From positions 83,914-147,913 of the forward strand of contig JBHIBG010000001.1 of NCBI GenBank assembly GCA_046758965.1: DNA of 64,000 bases, in the 5' to 3' direction. A program made the translations under genes and the position numbers. The notes under the pieces are model-generated. The model did not search any database. It was not told the origin of the DNA and saw only the letters and a program-made list of their open reading frames with translations. Below are positions 50,409 to 59,997 of the stretch, in pieces. This DNA comes from Candidatus Methylomirabilia bacterium. GTDB taxonomy: Bacteria > Methylomirabilota > Methylomirabilia > Rokubacteriales > CSP1-6. The stretch's first letter is position 1, and the number at the start of each line of letters is the position of its first letter.

Positions 50409-51425
50409 TCACCCCCAAAGGAGGCTCTCCAGCTGTTCGAGGATGTCGGAGACCTCGATTCCCGCCATGCAGGGATGGTCGATGGGACAGTGCGTCAGAA
50501 AACACGGTGCGCAGGGGACCGCCTTGGCGATGGTACGGGCCTGCGCGCTGCGCGGGGCGGTCAGCCGGGGATCGGTCGGACCGAACAGCGTGACAACTCC
50601 CACCCCCACAGCCGCGGCCAGGTGGGCCACCCCCGTATCCCCCGAGATGAGAAGATCGAAGCGGGAGAGAAGCCGCGGAAGGAGCGCCGAGCTGTCCCTC
50701 CCCACCAGCGAAGGTACCGGTGCGCCAACCCGCCGCCGGACCTCCTGGGCGAAAGGCAGTTCCCCCGGGCTCCCCAGAAGGACAGGAATGCCCCGCATTC
50801 CCTGCATCTCCCGCACCAACTCCACCCAGCGCTCGCTTGCCCAGAGCTTGGAAGGGCCGAAGGCCGCCCCGAGGTGGAGCCCGACCAAGGTGGCGTCAGG
50901 GGTGATCCCGGCCTCCCGGAGCAAGGCCTCGACGCCGCCGTCCGAGTCGGCGGGCGACAGGCGCAAGCGTGGGGTCGTCTCCGTGGGGGTGATGCCGTAA
51001 GCTCCGAGCAGCGTCAGGTACTCGTCCACCTGATGCTGTCGAGGCGACGGCCGTGGCACCGGATGCGTGAGGAGCCGGGCCCGGCCATCGGTGGCGTAGC
51101 CGACTCGCCAGCGCGCCCCCCAGCTCCTGGCGGCCAGAGCTGACTCGAACGAGTTCGGGAGTACGAGCGCGTGCTCGGCACCGAGTGTTCGAACCTTCAA
51201 GCTCAGCCTCAAGCGATCTGGAAAACTAGTCGGATATTTAAGTAGTTGATCGGCCACGCCCTGATCAAGCAGAAGGTCGACCCAGCATCCGACGACCGTG
51301 ATCCGCGCAGTGGGGAGCGCGGCTCTGAGAGCCCGTAGAGCCGGCAGGGCCATCACGCTGTCCCCCAGCCAGTTGGGGGTCCGGACAACGAGGGATCGGA
51401 TTTGGGCAGGGTTGAGGGCGTTCAC
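50409..51425 (-). CDS. waaF: LPS heptosyltransferase II (GT9)
   Basis: PNWLGDSVM, LPNSFESA, GAAFGPSKLW, DTGVAH, FGPT. Confidence 0.9.
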   Translation of the reverse strand: MNALNPAQIRSLVVRTPNWLGDSVMALPALRALRAALPTARITVVGCWVDLLLDQGVADQLLKYPTSFPDRLRLSLKVRTLGAEHALVLPNSFESALAARSWGARWRVGYATDGRARLLTHPVPRPSPRQHQVDEYLTLLGAYGITPTETTPRLRLSPADSDGGVEALLREAGITPDATLVGLHLGAAFGPSKLWASERWVELVREMQGMRGIPVLLGSPGELPFAQEVRRRVGAPVPSLVGRDSSALLPRLLSRFDLLISGDTGVAHLAAAVGVGVVTLFGPTDPRLTAPRSAQARTIAKAVPCAPCFLTHCPIDHPCMAGIEVSDILEQLESLLWG

Positions 51426-52495
51426 CGGCGGAACAGAGGCTGAAAGGCCCCCTCCCAGCCGGCGTGGCCGCCGGTCACGACCAGACGAATGCCCAAAGCC
51501 CGGAGCGGGAGGTCAGGGAGCTCGAGCCCCCGACAGCGGACGGCGTCTTTTTCGGTGGTGATGAGCGCAGTGGCTCCAGCGGATCGAGCCCCCCGGGCCA
51601 GCTCTTCCAACTCCTCGGTGGAGTACCAATGATGGTCCGGGAATGTGGTGAAGCCGGCGAGGCTCACACCGAGCTCGTCAAGAGTCCGCACGAAGTTTGT
51701 CGGCCGCGCGATGCCGGCGAAGGCGTAGAGGCGGGCACCCCTGAGGTCGGCCAACCCAACCACCTCTCCACTCCGGAGCTCCCAACATTCTACCGGCTCA
51801 TACCGGGCTGTCACAATTCCACCTTCGGGATTCCGAGCCTTGACTCTCTCGCTGATCGCACGGAGGGTTGCGCTGTCGGCGTGTCCGGTGACGACGATCA
51901 GATGCGCGCGGGCCAGCACGTTGACCGGCTCTCGGAGCGAGCCGCGGGGAAAGAGGTGGCCGTTCCCCCACGGGGCCGCACCGGAGAGCAGCACGATCTC
52001 CAAGTCCTTCTCGATGGTGCGGTGCTGGAAGGCGTCGTCGAGCACAAGAGCGGGGACGGCGAATCGCTCCAGGCAGAGTCGTCCCGCCTCGTAGCGGTCC
52101 TCGCCCACCACCACAGGGGTGCCAGGAAGGCGGCGGGCGAGCAGAAACGGCTCGTCCCCCGCCTGAGCGGGCTCCACCCTGATCCCGTTTGGATCGGCCA
52201 CAACGAGGGATCCTCGCGTGCGCCGTCCATATCCCCGGCTCACCACTCCGGGCTCGATTCCCGATTTCTGAAGCGTCTTCACTGTGAGCTCTACCGCGGG
52301 CGTCTTCCCGGTCCCGCCGAGGGTGAGATTGCCGATGGAGATCACCGGGCACGGGAGGCGCCGACTTTTCAAGGCTCCCGTGGCGTACAGGAGCCCCCGG
52401 AGCCCCAGGAGGCCGCGATAGCCGACGGCCAAGACCGAGAGTGGGAAGGTCAGGGCAGGCGGGATCTCCCACTCCCCGGAGACCGGAAGCCTCAT
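51422..52495 (-). CDS. lpxK: Tetraacyldisaccharide 4'-kinase
   Basis: GNLTLGGTGKTP, SRGYG, GDEP, LDDAFQH, FPDHH, TTEKD. Confidence 0.95.
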   Translation of the reverse strand: MRLPVSGEWEIPPALTFPLSVLAVGYRGLLGLRGLLYATGALKSRRLPCPVISIGNLTLGGTGKTPAVELTVKTLQKSGIEPGVVSRGYGRRTRGSLVVADPNGIRVEPAQAGDEPFLLARRLPGTPVVVGEDRYEAGRLCLERFAVPALVLDDAFQHRTIEKDLEIVLLSGAAPWGNGHLFPRGSLREPVNVLARAHLIVVTGHADSATLRAISERVKARNPEGGIVTARYEPVECWELRSGEVVGLADLRGARLYAFAGIARPTNFVRTLDELGVSLAGFTTFPDHHWYSTEELEELARGARSAGATALITTEKDAVRCRGLELPDLPLRALGIRLVVTGGHAGWEGAFQPLFRR

Positions 52496-53757
52496 AGACG
52501 TGGGCTCACGATCTTCTTGAGGAGTTCCATGGTCTCCCGCACCGCCCCCTGTCGGCTCGCCACAGCCGCGAAAGCCGCCTCCCCCATTCGGCGGGCGAGA
52601 TCGGGGTCAGCGAGGAGCCGATGGGCTTCGGTCTCAAGCCCGGCACTGTCTTTCACGAGGAAGCCGCCGCCGGAGTCCAGCAGGAGCGTGGCGCTCTCCC
52701 GGAAGTTGGACGTGTGTGGGCCAAACAGGACCGGCTTGCGACGCAGAGCGGGCTCCAGCATGTTTTGACCACCCCAGGGGATGAGGCTCCCCCCGACGAA
52801 GGCGATCCGCGCCACTTCGTAGAGCTGCGCCAGCTCCCCGATGGTGTCGAGCACGATGACATCCACGCGGCGCCCCGCGGGAAGCGCGCTCCGCTTCGCC
52901 GAACGGAGACCCCGGACCTGGATCAACCGCTCTACCTCCGCCACCCGCTCGATATGGCGGGGCGCGACTACCAGAATCAGGCCGGGATGATGGACCTTGA
53001 GGCGGACAAAGGCATCGAGGATGATCTCTTCTTCCCCGGCATGAGTACTTCCCGCGATCCAGATCGGCTCGTCCGCGGTGAGCTCCAGGAGCTGGTTCCA
53101 GCGGGCCTCAACCCCGGCCTCGGATGCGGAGAGCTCGGTCTTCAGGTTGCCCGTGACCACGACCCGCTCCGGAAGCGCGCCCAGGATCCTGATCCGACGG
53201 GCATCTTCGGTGGACTGCATAGCAAACATCCTGACCGGTCGCAAGACTTTTCGCAAGAACGGCCGCACCAGCCGATACCGGCGGAAGGAGCGGTCGGAGA
53301 TCCGGCCGTTGGCGACGATGACGGGAACACCGCCGCGATCGAGCTCTCGAAAGAAGTTGGGCCAGATCTCGGTCTCCATGGCGACGAAGAACACCGGACT
53401 GATCGTCCGGACCGCTCGCCGGACGGGGCCGGGGAAGTCCAGGGGGAAGTAACAGTGGGTCGCGAGCGAGCCTAAGCGCTCCCGTACGGCGATGGCCCCC
53501 GTCGGGGTCACGGTCGAGACCACGACATTGAGATCGGGCCAGAGGTTGCGGATCTCCTGCACCAGCGGAACCGAGGCCAGCGCCTCCCCCACGGAGACCG
53601 CGTGCACCCAGCAGCGTGGCGCGGGAGGAAGCCCCTCCAGGCGTCCCAAGCGCTCGCTGAATCGCACCGGATACCTCCCGCGGAGATGGCGGGCAAGCAA
53701 CCCCGGCAGGTAGGCGAGGAGGGCGAGGGCGAGGCCGACTGTGTAGAGGGGGTACAT
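52492..53757 (-). CDS. waaA: Kdo transferase
   Basis: WVHAVSVGE, ETEIWPN, GSTHAGEE, PRHIER, GGQNMLEP. Confidence 0.95.
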   Translation of the reverse strand: MYPLYTVGLALALLAYLPGLLARHLRGRYPVRFSERLGRLEGLPPAPRCWVHAVSVGEALASVPLVQEIRNLWPDLNVVVSTVTPTGAIAVRERLGSLATHCYFPLDFPGPVRRAVRTISPVFFVAMETEIWPNFFRELDRGGVPVIVANGRISDRSFRRYRLVRPFLRKVLRPVRMFAMQSTEDARRIRILGALPERVVVTGNLKTELSASEAGVEARWNQLLELTADEPIWIAGSTHAGEEEIILDAFVRLKVHHPGLILVVAPRHIERVAEVERLIQVRGLRSAKRSALPAGRRVDVIVLDTIGELAQLYEVARIAFVGGSLIPWGGQNMLEPALRRKPVLFGPHTSNFRESATLLLDSGGGFLVKDSAGLETEAHRLLADPDLARRMGEAAFAAVASRQGAVRETMELLKKIVSPRL

Positions 53758-54428
53758 TACCGGGCCAAGAGGAGAGCATCCGCCCGCCACGTCAGGTCCC
53801 GCAGGGAGGACTCGAGCTCCTTACGGAGCGCTTCCTGCTCCTCCCGATCACTCCTCGGCGGCACGGTCAGGGGTGATCCGAAGCTCACTATAGCGCGGGT
53901 GAACGGTCGCGGGATGAGAAACTCGTCCCAGCTGGAAAGGCGCCAGGCTGGCGCTGCGCTGAAGGTAAAGGGGATGATGGGGGCTCCGGAGAGTCTCGCC
54001 AGGGCGATGACGCCGGGCTGAACGATGTAGCGGGGACCCTGGGGGCCGTCTGGGGTCACAGCCACTGCCTTGCCCTGCCGGAGATGCCGGGCCAGAGCCC
54101 GCAAGGCTTCCGAGCCACCCTCTGTAGTCGACCCTCGGACCACCTGGAAGCCGAATCGTTTCATGAAGCGGGCCACCAACTCTCCGTCGCGCGAACGGCT
54201 CGCCATGATGCGGATCGGACGCGAGGGGCCGTAGAGCGAGTAGAGGTAAGGGGCCATGAGGATGCGTCCGTGCCAGATGGCGTAAATCAGGGGGAGCTCT
54301 TGCTCCCAAAACGGAACCACGTGGTGGGTGTCGATCTCGCGGACGCGAAGGGTCAAGCCCAGTCCCCTGACCGCCCAGTAGGCCATTCCCGGGGCCAGGG
54401 CGCAGAGCAAGCGGTCTCGTGGGGTCAT
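53757..54428 (-). CDS. DUF374 acyltransferase (LpxJ-like)
   Basis: WHG, SRSRDG, RGST, TPDGPQGP, SWDEFLIPRPF. Confidence 0.8.
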   Translation of the reverse strand: MTPRDRLLCALAPGMAYWAVRGLGLTLRVREIDTHHVVPFWEQELPLIYAIWHGRILMAPYLYSLYGPSRPIRIMASRSRDGELVARFMKRFGFQVVRGSTTEGGSEALRALARHLRQGKAVAVTPDGPQGPRYIVQPGVIALARLSGAPIIPFTFSAAPAWRLSSWDEFLIPRPFTRAIVSFGSPLTVPPRSDREEQEALRKELESSLRDLTWRADALLLAR

Positions 54429-55612
54429 ACTGCCTGGGCCACCTCCAGGATCTCGCGAGCTGCCCGCTCCCCCACCCCGGGAGTGCCGAGCGCCCCCTTG
54501 AGCTGGGAAAACGCCCGGCACTGCGCCTCACGGCGTTCCGGAGCCTTGAGGAGCTTCAGAGCCTCGTCCGCCAGCCTGCTTCCCGTCGCCTCCCCTTGCA
54601 GGAGCTCAGGGACGACAGCCCGGCCCGCGACGATATTGGCCAGGCTCACCCACGGGATCCTGATCAAGAGGCGGCCCATCAGCTCGGACAAGCGAGAGAC
54701 TCGGTAGCAGACCACCATGGGGCTGCCGATCAGGGTCGCCTCGAGTGTCGCGGTCCCCGAGGCTACGAGAAGAAGATCGGCGGCTGCCATCACCTCGCGG
54801 GTCTGGTTCCACACCAGCGAGAGCCCCGGGGGAGGGTCCGTGAGGAGCGCCTGAACCCGCGTATGATCCACGCTGGGCGCGGGCGATACGAAGAACCGGG
54901 CCGAGGGGATCTCCCGGCGGACCAGGTGAGCAGCTGCCACCATCGGGGGGAGGAGCCGTTCCACCTCCTCGCGGCGGCTCCCCGGAAGGAGACCGACAAC
55001 CGTGGCCTCGGTCGGGGTACCGAGCGCCCGCCGAGCGGAGTCTCTGCCCAGGTCGGGTTGGAGGGTGTCCAGGAGAGGGTGCCCGACGAACTCCACACGG
55101 GCGCCGACCGACTCGTAGAGCGACAACTCAAAAGGAAACACGGCGAGCACCCGCGTGGCGAACTTGGCGATGAGCCGCGCGCGTCCCCGACGCCAGGCCC
55201 AGACCTGGGGGGGGATGAAATAGACCACCGGGATCTGGAGCCGCCAGGCCACGCGGGCCAGTCTGAGGTTGAACTCCGGGAAGTCGATGAGGACCAGAGC
55301 GCGGGGCCGCTCGATCCGGAGCGTTCTTCGCAGAAGCGCAAACGACCGGACCAGCCTGGGGAGGCGGGAGAAGACCTCGCTCGATCCCACCACCGCCATG
55401 CCGGTATGATCGGCCAGGAGCCGCACGCCGGCCTCGGCCATGCGCGGGCCACCCATGCCCATCAAGGTCCACGAGGGGGCCTGCTTCCTGAGCGCCCGTG
55501 AGAGCGTGGCCCCGTGGAGGTCCCCGGATGCCTCGCCGGCAACCAGCATCAGCGAGGGGGAGGAGAGAGCGGGAGGTCCGACGGTGCCTTCCTGGCCGCT
55601 CTCATCCGACAT
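54425..55612 (-). CDS. lpxB: Lipid-A-disaccharide synthase
   Basis: AGEASGDLHG, IDFPEFN, PQVWAWR, VGHP, LPGSR, SGTATLE. Confidence 0.96.
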   Translation of the reverse strand: MSDESGQEGTVGPPALSSPSLMLVAGEASGDLHGATLSRALRKQAPSWTLMGMGGPRMAEAGVRLLADHTGMAVVGSSEVFSRLPRLVRSFALLRRTLRIERPRALVLIDFPEFNLRLARVAWRLQIPVVYFIPPQVWAWRRGRARLIAKFATRVLAVFPFELSLYESVGARVEFVGHPLLDTLQPDLGRDSARRALGTPTEATVVGLLPGSRREEVERLLPPMVAAAHLVRREIPSARFFVSPAPSVDHTRVQALLTDPPPGLSLVWNQTREVMAAADLLLVASGTATLEATLIGSPMVVCYRVSRLSELMGRLLIRIPWVSLANIVAGRAVVPELLQGEATGSRLADEALKLLKAPERREAQCRAFSQLKGALGTPGVGERAAREILEVAQAV

Positions 55613-56414
55613 CGGAATCAACGCTCACGATGGCGATCCCCTCGCGGTCGGCCAACTGGAGCACGGCCTCACGTTCCAGAAGCAGGACTTTCCCTCCCTC
55701 CATGGCCAAGATTCGGGCCTTACCCTCCGCCATTGTTGTCAGTGTCTCGAGTCCAACCGTTGGCACATCGAAGCGGTAGTCGTGCCGAGGGGCCACAGCT
55801 TTGACCACCACCGTCCCGGGGCCCGCGAGGCGGCAACCGCGTCGGATGGTTTCGCTGGTCCCCTCGATGGCCTCCACCGCCACCGTCGCTCCTCGAGCGA
55901 CCACTACCGTTTGCCCGATGCCGAAGGCAGCGCAGCCCCGGGCCAGACGGAGGCCGAGGGCGATCTCCTTCCATTCGGCCTCCGAGGGGATGCGCACGGT
56001 TACAGGTCCAGACGGGACCAGGAGCGAGGAGAGAAAGAGCCGCTGGTCTAGCACTTCGATGCCGAGCCCGGTCAGGGTCTCGAGCACGGCGGAGGCCAAG
56101 GCGGTTTCCGAGAGGCCACCCGCGGTTGAGAGGATCCGCCGGGTGGCACTGTCGGCCCCCGACTCGTCGAAGAAGACGCGCCGTGAGAGGTGGCCGGCGA
56201 AGACGACGGCAGCCACGCGCGCGTCCCGGAGCCCGTCCAGGACACTCCCGATGTCAGTGAGGCGGCTTTGCACCACAGTGTGGGCACACCTCTCAAGGCC
56301 GGGGGCGTCCCGGAAACTGAAGGCCACGACACGCCAGCCCTGGCGCGCCGCCTCCGCCGCCATCTGGCCGGGGAGCACCCCGGCCCCCGCCATCAGGCCG
56401 AGCGTCCGCTCCAC
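55602..56414 (-). CDS. lpxI: UDP-2,3-diacylglucosamine pyrophosphatase LpxI
   Basis: GLMAGAGVLP, IGQTVVV, AVEAIEGT, RFDVPTVG. Confidence 0.9.
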   Translation of the reverse strand: MERTLGLMAGAGVLPGQMAAEAARQGWRVVAFSFRDAPGLERCAHTVVQSRLTDIGSVLDGLRDARVAAVVFAGHLSRRVFFDESGADSATRRILSTAGGLSETALASAVLETLTGLGIEVLDQRLFLSSLLVPSGPVTVRIPSEAEWKEIALGLRLARGCAAFGIGQTVVVARGATVAVEAIEGTSETIRRGCRLAGPGTVVVKAVAPRHDYRFDVPTVGLETLTTMAEGKARILAMEGGKVLLLEREAVLQLADREGIAIVSVDSDVG

Positions 56415-57421
56415 GGAAGATCCTCCGGCCAGGCTCTCTCTCGCCTGCCTTCACGGATCATCCGCTCGATCTCCAGAGCCACCGCCAGGGAGCGGAGGTC
56501 TTCCCCCTCGAGGAGCTCGGCTGACTTCCTGCGAGTCGCCTCTCGGACCGCCGAGATCAGGTGAAGGATCTCAAGCTTCAACGGATTCTCTTTGTGAACG
56601 AAGACGTGCTCGACGAAAGACGCCCGGCGGTAGCGGATGGATTCGCGGTTGAGGGTGTACTCCTGGGCGGCCCGGCGGTGAACCTGAATATCCTGGTCCG
56701 TGTAGTCAAGGAGGATATAGGCGTCGGGCTGCGTGATGGCGAGCGTCCGGATCTTCTGCTCCGTGGCCCGGCTGGCCGTGATGGTCGCGATGGCCCCCGT
56801 CTCGAAGAGGATCTGGACGCTGGCGACGTCGGGTCCCACTGAGTGGAGCGACTGTCCCACGGCGTTCAGGCGCCGCGGCTCGCTCTCGACCAACCCCAGA
56901 ACGATATCGATATCATGGATCATCAGGTCCATGACCACCGTGTCGTTTTGAACGCGGGGGACGAACGGACCGAGCCGCCGCGACTCGATCAGGAGGGGAT
57001 CGTGGACAATTTTCTTGAGTTCCTGCACGGCGCCGTTAAAGCGCTCGACGTGGCCGACGTGGAGGACCACTCCGTGCTGGCGCGCGAGGCGGTAGAGCTC
57101 CTTGGCCTCCTCCAGCGTGGGGGTCATGGGCTTTTCGACGAGCACGTGGATCCCCGCCTCCAGAAGGTCACGCGTGACGGGCAAGTGAAGCGGAGTGGGA
57201 ACGGCCACGCTGACGACGTCGGCGCGACCGATCAGCTCTCGGTGGTCGGAAAACACCTGGGTGCCGTACTGGGCGGCGAGGCGGCGGGCCTTAGCGCCGT
57301 CGACATCCACGATCCCCACGAGGTCCACGTCCGCGAGCTCGGCATAGACCAGGATATGGTACTGCCCCATGTGGCCGGCCCCTACCACCCCGGCCCGGAT
57401 CCGACGCTTTCGATCGGCCAT
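56393..57421 (-). CDS. Gfo/Idh/MocA oxidoreductase (GnnA-like)
   Basis: GAGHMG, VEKP, VGHVERFN, DLMIHDID, TASR; sits between lpxA and lpxI. Confidence 0.85.
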   Translation of the reverse strand: MADRKRRIRAGVVGAGHMGQYHILVYAELADVDLVGIVDVDGAKARRLAAQYGTQVFSDHRELIGRADVVSVAVPTPLHLPVTRDLLEAGIHVLVEKPMTPTLEEAKELYRLARQHGVVLHVGHVERFNGAVQELKKIVHDPLLIESRRLGPFVPRVQNDTVVMDLMIHDIDIVLGLVESEPRRLNAVGQSLHSVGPDVASVQILFETGAIATITASRATEQKIRTLAITQPDAYILLDYTDQDIQVHRRAAQEYTLNRESIRYRRASFVEHVFVHKENPLKLEILHLISAVREATRRKSAELLEGEDLRSLAVALEIERMIREGRRERAWPEDLPWSGRSA

Positions 57422-58254
57422 CAGAAGATCGACTCCTCTTCCGTCACCGGGCTCCCCGCCTCACGCTGGGCGGGGCCACAAATTCCCAGCTTGGAGGAGT
57501 CGATGAACTCAGCCATGTGGGTGAGGAGCGGCGTGCGTGCGAGCTCGGCCCGGATTCGCTGAACCGCTCCGCGCGGCGACAACCCCGACCGATAGAGGAT
57601 GCGAAAGGCGGCCTCGATCTGCCGTCGGTCCTCTGCGCCGACCCCGCCGCGCCGAAGGCCGATGACGTTTACCGAGCGGGCGGTGGCCGGTGCCCCGTCC
57701 ACGATGATGAACGGCGGGACATCCTGCAGGACTTTGGCGCACCCCCCGATGTAGGCGTAGGCGCCAATGCGGGCGAAGGGGTGGATGCCTGAGAGCCCGC
57801 CCACTGTTACCCCATCCTCCACCCGGACGTGGCCGGTAATGCCGGCATAGTTGATGATGATCACGTGGTTGCCGATCTTGCAGTCGTGAGCGACGTGACT
57901 CGTCGCCATGACCAGGGTGTGATCGCCGATTTCGGTCCAGCCGTGCTCGGTTGTCGCCCGGTGGATCGTCACATGCTCGCGGATGACCGTGTCCGCTCCT
58001 ATTCGGACGCCCGAGGGCGTCCCCGGCTTGTACTTGAAGTCCTGAGGCGGAGCCCCGACGACCGAGCCATGCCCGATGCGGCTCCTAGCGCCCACCACGA
58101 CCCGCTCCTCGAGCACCACGTGGTGGCCCACTTCCACGTCTGCGCCAAGCTCGACGTCGGGGCCTAGCAGTGAAAAGGCGCCGATCCTTACCCCGGGGCC
58201 GAGCCGCGCTCGGGCATCAATCAGCGCTGACGGGTGAATCAGGTTAGACGCCAT
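57421..58254 (-). CDS. lpxA: UDP-N-acetylglucosamine acyltransferase
   Basis: Hexapeptide repeats, PQDFKY, IREHVTIHR, SHVAHDC, QDVPPF, NVIGLRR. Confidence 0.94.
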   Translation of the reverse strand: MASNLIHPSALIDARARLGPGVRIGAFSLLGPDVELGADVEVGHHVVLEERVVVGARSRIGHGSVVGAPPQDFKYKPGTPSGVRIGADTVIREHVTIHRATTEHGWTEIGDHTLVMATSHVAHDCKIGNHVIIINYAGITGHVRVEDGVTVGGLSGIHPFARIGAYAYIGGCAKVLQDVPPFIIVDGAPATARSVNVIGLRRGGVGAEDRRQIEAAFRILYRSGLSPRGAVQRIRAELARTPLLTHMAEFIDSSKLGICGPAQREAGSPVTEEESIF

Positions 58255-59296
58255 CGTTGTCGGACGGAGCTCCCGATCCCAGGCGGCGCTCAAGCTCCTG
58301 CACCCGTCGCTCCAGTTCCCGCACCCGCTTGAGCAGCTCGGGGAGTCTTGGCAGTGCCGCGAGCATCCGCCTACTCTCCGCCGCAGGGCGGGCCGGGAAG
58401 CCGAGGTACGGGCCGGCTTCCGTCAGGTCCGAGGCCACTCCGGACTGGGCTCCAACGATCACGCCGTCGGCGAGGGTGACGTGGTCAGCCACGCCAACCT
58501 GCCCGGCCAGGATCACGCGGTCCCCCAGCTGGCAGGAACCCGAGATGCCGACCTGGCCCACCAAGATGACATCCTCCCCGATCTTCACGTTGTGGCCGAT
58601 CTGGACGAGGTTGTCAATCTTGGTTCCCCGTCCGATCATCGTCCGGCCCACGGTGGCGCGGTCCACCGCGACGTTGGCGCCGAGCTCCACGTCATCCTCG
58701 ATGACCACGCTCCCCACCTGGGGGATTTTGCGCTGGTGCGCGCCGTCGGGGGCGTAGCCGAAGCCGTCGGCCCCGAGGACCGCGCCGGAGTGGACGATGA
58801 CCCGCTTGCCCAGCCTGATCCGGTCGAGGATCACCGCGTGCGAGTACACCAGACAATCGGCACCGATCTCCGCGTCGGCGCCCACGTAGACGAACGGATG
58901 GATCCACGCCCGCTCCCCGACCACCGCCCGCTCCCCGATGAACACCAGCGCGCCCACGGTAGCTGTGGGATGAATCTGAGCACCGGGGGCGACGTGGGCT
59001 GAGGTGTGGATCCCCCCCGGCGGGGTCGGCATCGGGTGGAAGAGGTGAAGAAGGTCGATAAGCGCCATGCGGGGGTGTTTGGCTCTGAGAAGGGACCCCG
59101 GAAGGTCTGTGACATCCTGCGAGACCAGCAACGCCGCCGCCCGGCTCTTCCGGGCACGCGAGAGAAACCTCCGGTCACTCACGAAGGAAATCTGATCGGG
59201 GCCGGCTGTGTCCAGCGGCGCCACGCCGGTAATAACCCGGTCTGGGTTTCCCTGCAGCTCCACCCCGAGTATCCGGGCGATCTGACCTAAAGTCAC
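58244..59296 (-). CDS. lpxD: UDP-3-O-acylglucosamine N-acyltransferase
   Basis: GADGFGY, KIPQVG, TKIDNLVQIGHN, GQVG. Confidence 0.95.
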   Translation of the reverse strand: MTLGQIARILGVELQGNPDRVITGVAPLDTAGPDQISFVSDRRFLSRARKSRAAALLVSQDVTDLPGSLLRAKHPRMALIDLLHLFHPMPTPPGGIHTSAHVAPGAQIHPTATVGALVFIGERAVVGERAWIHPFVYVGADAEIGADCLVYSHAVILDRIRLGKRVIVHSGAVLGADGFGYAPDGAHQRKIPQVGSVVIEDDVELGANVAVDRATVGRTMIGRGTKIDNLVQIGHNVKIGEDVILVGQVGISGSCQLGDRVILAGQVGVADHVTLADGVIVGAQSGVASDLTEAGPYLGFPARPAAESRRMLAALPRLPELLKRVRELERRVQELERRLGSGAPSDNDGV

Positions 59297-59319
59297 GGGC
59301 TTGGCACCTTCCCAGGAGT

Positions 59320-59865
59320 CTACCGCTTCGCGCGGCTCATCGTCCGATCGTACGCCTTGATAATCTCATCCGTGAGGTCCGCTGCAGGAGCTCCGTACGC
59401 CACGCCCGCACTCCGCTTCTCGAGGATGAGCAGGTAGCCACGTTCCTTTCCGAACCGCTGGATGACCCCGGAGAGGTCAGCGCGGATCTGCTGGAGGAGC
59501 TCCCGCTCCTTTTTCTCAAGCTCTCGCTGCGAGTCGCTTACCAGCCTCCGCAAGTCGCGGATCTTGCGTTCTAGCGTCTCCTGCTTTTCCTTCCTGGCCC
59601 CCGCGCTGAGCAACGGGCCTTTCTTCGCCAGCTCTTGCCGACGCTTCTCGATCTCACTGCGCTTGACATCGATTTGCCGTTGCATGGCGACCTTCTCCCG
59701 CTCCATCTGCTCCCGAGCCGCCACGCCCGCGGAGGACCGTGCCAGAATGCGCTGGACGTCGAAGTACCCGATCCGACCTGGAGACTGCGCGCTCGCGGTC
59801 GGGCCAACGAGAAGGACGGCGGCGGTTACCCCGAGCAGTGCTGTCCGGACGCCAACCCGCGTCAT
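59320..59865 (-). CDS. skp: OmpH/Skp periplasmic chaperone
   Basis: Signal peptide, IGYFDVQRIL, coiled coil, DLTDEII; between bamA and lpxD. Confidence 0.88.
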   Translation of the reverse strand: MTRVGVRTALLGVTAAVLLVGPTASAQSPGRIGYFDVQRILARSSAGVAAREQMEREKVAMQRQIDVKRSEIEKRRQELAKKGPLLSAGARKEKQETLERKIRDLRRLVSDSQRELEKKERELLQQIRADLSGVIQRFGKERGYLLILEKRSAGVAYGAPAADLTDEIIKAYDRTMSRAKR

Positions 59866-59997
59866 CCCTCTCTCCTTGCCTCCTCGCGCCGGGTTCAGCC
59901 CCTGCCCCATGGAGTGGCGGATGCCGGTGCGAACGGCGCTCCATACCCAGGCCTCCGAGCAGGCATCTTCCAGACAACCCACGGGTCAGCCGGGAGC

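Noticed and set aside
51239..51251. IHF-like match GATCAACTACTTA (minus strand) in an AT-rich patch of waaF
   Set aside because: Single imperfect match inside a coding region with no supporting context.
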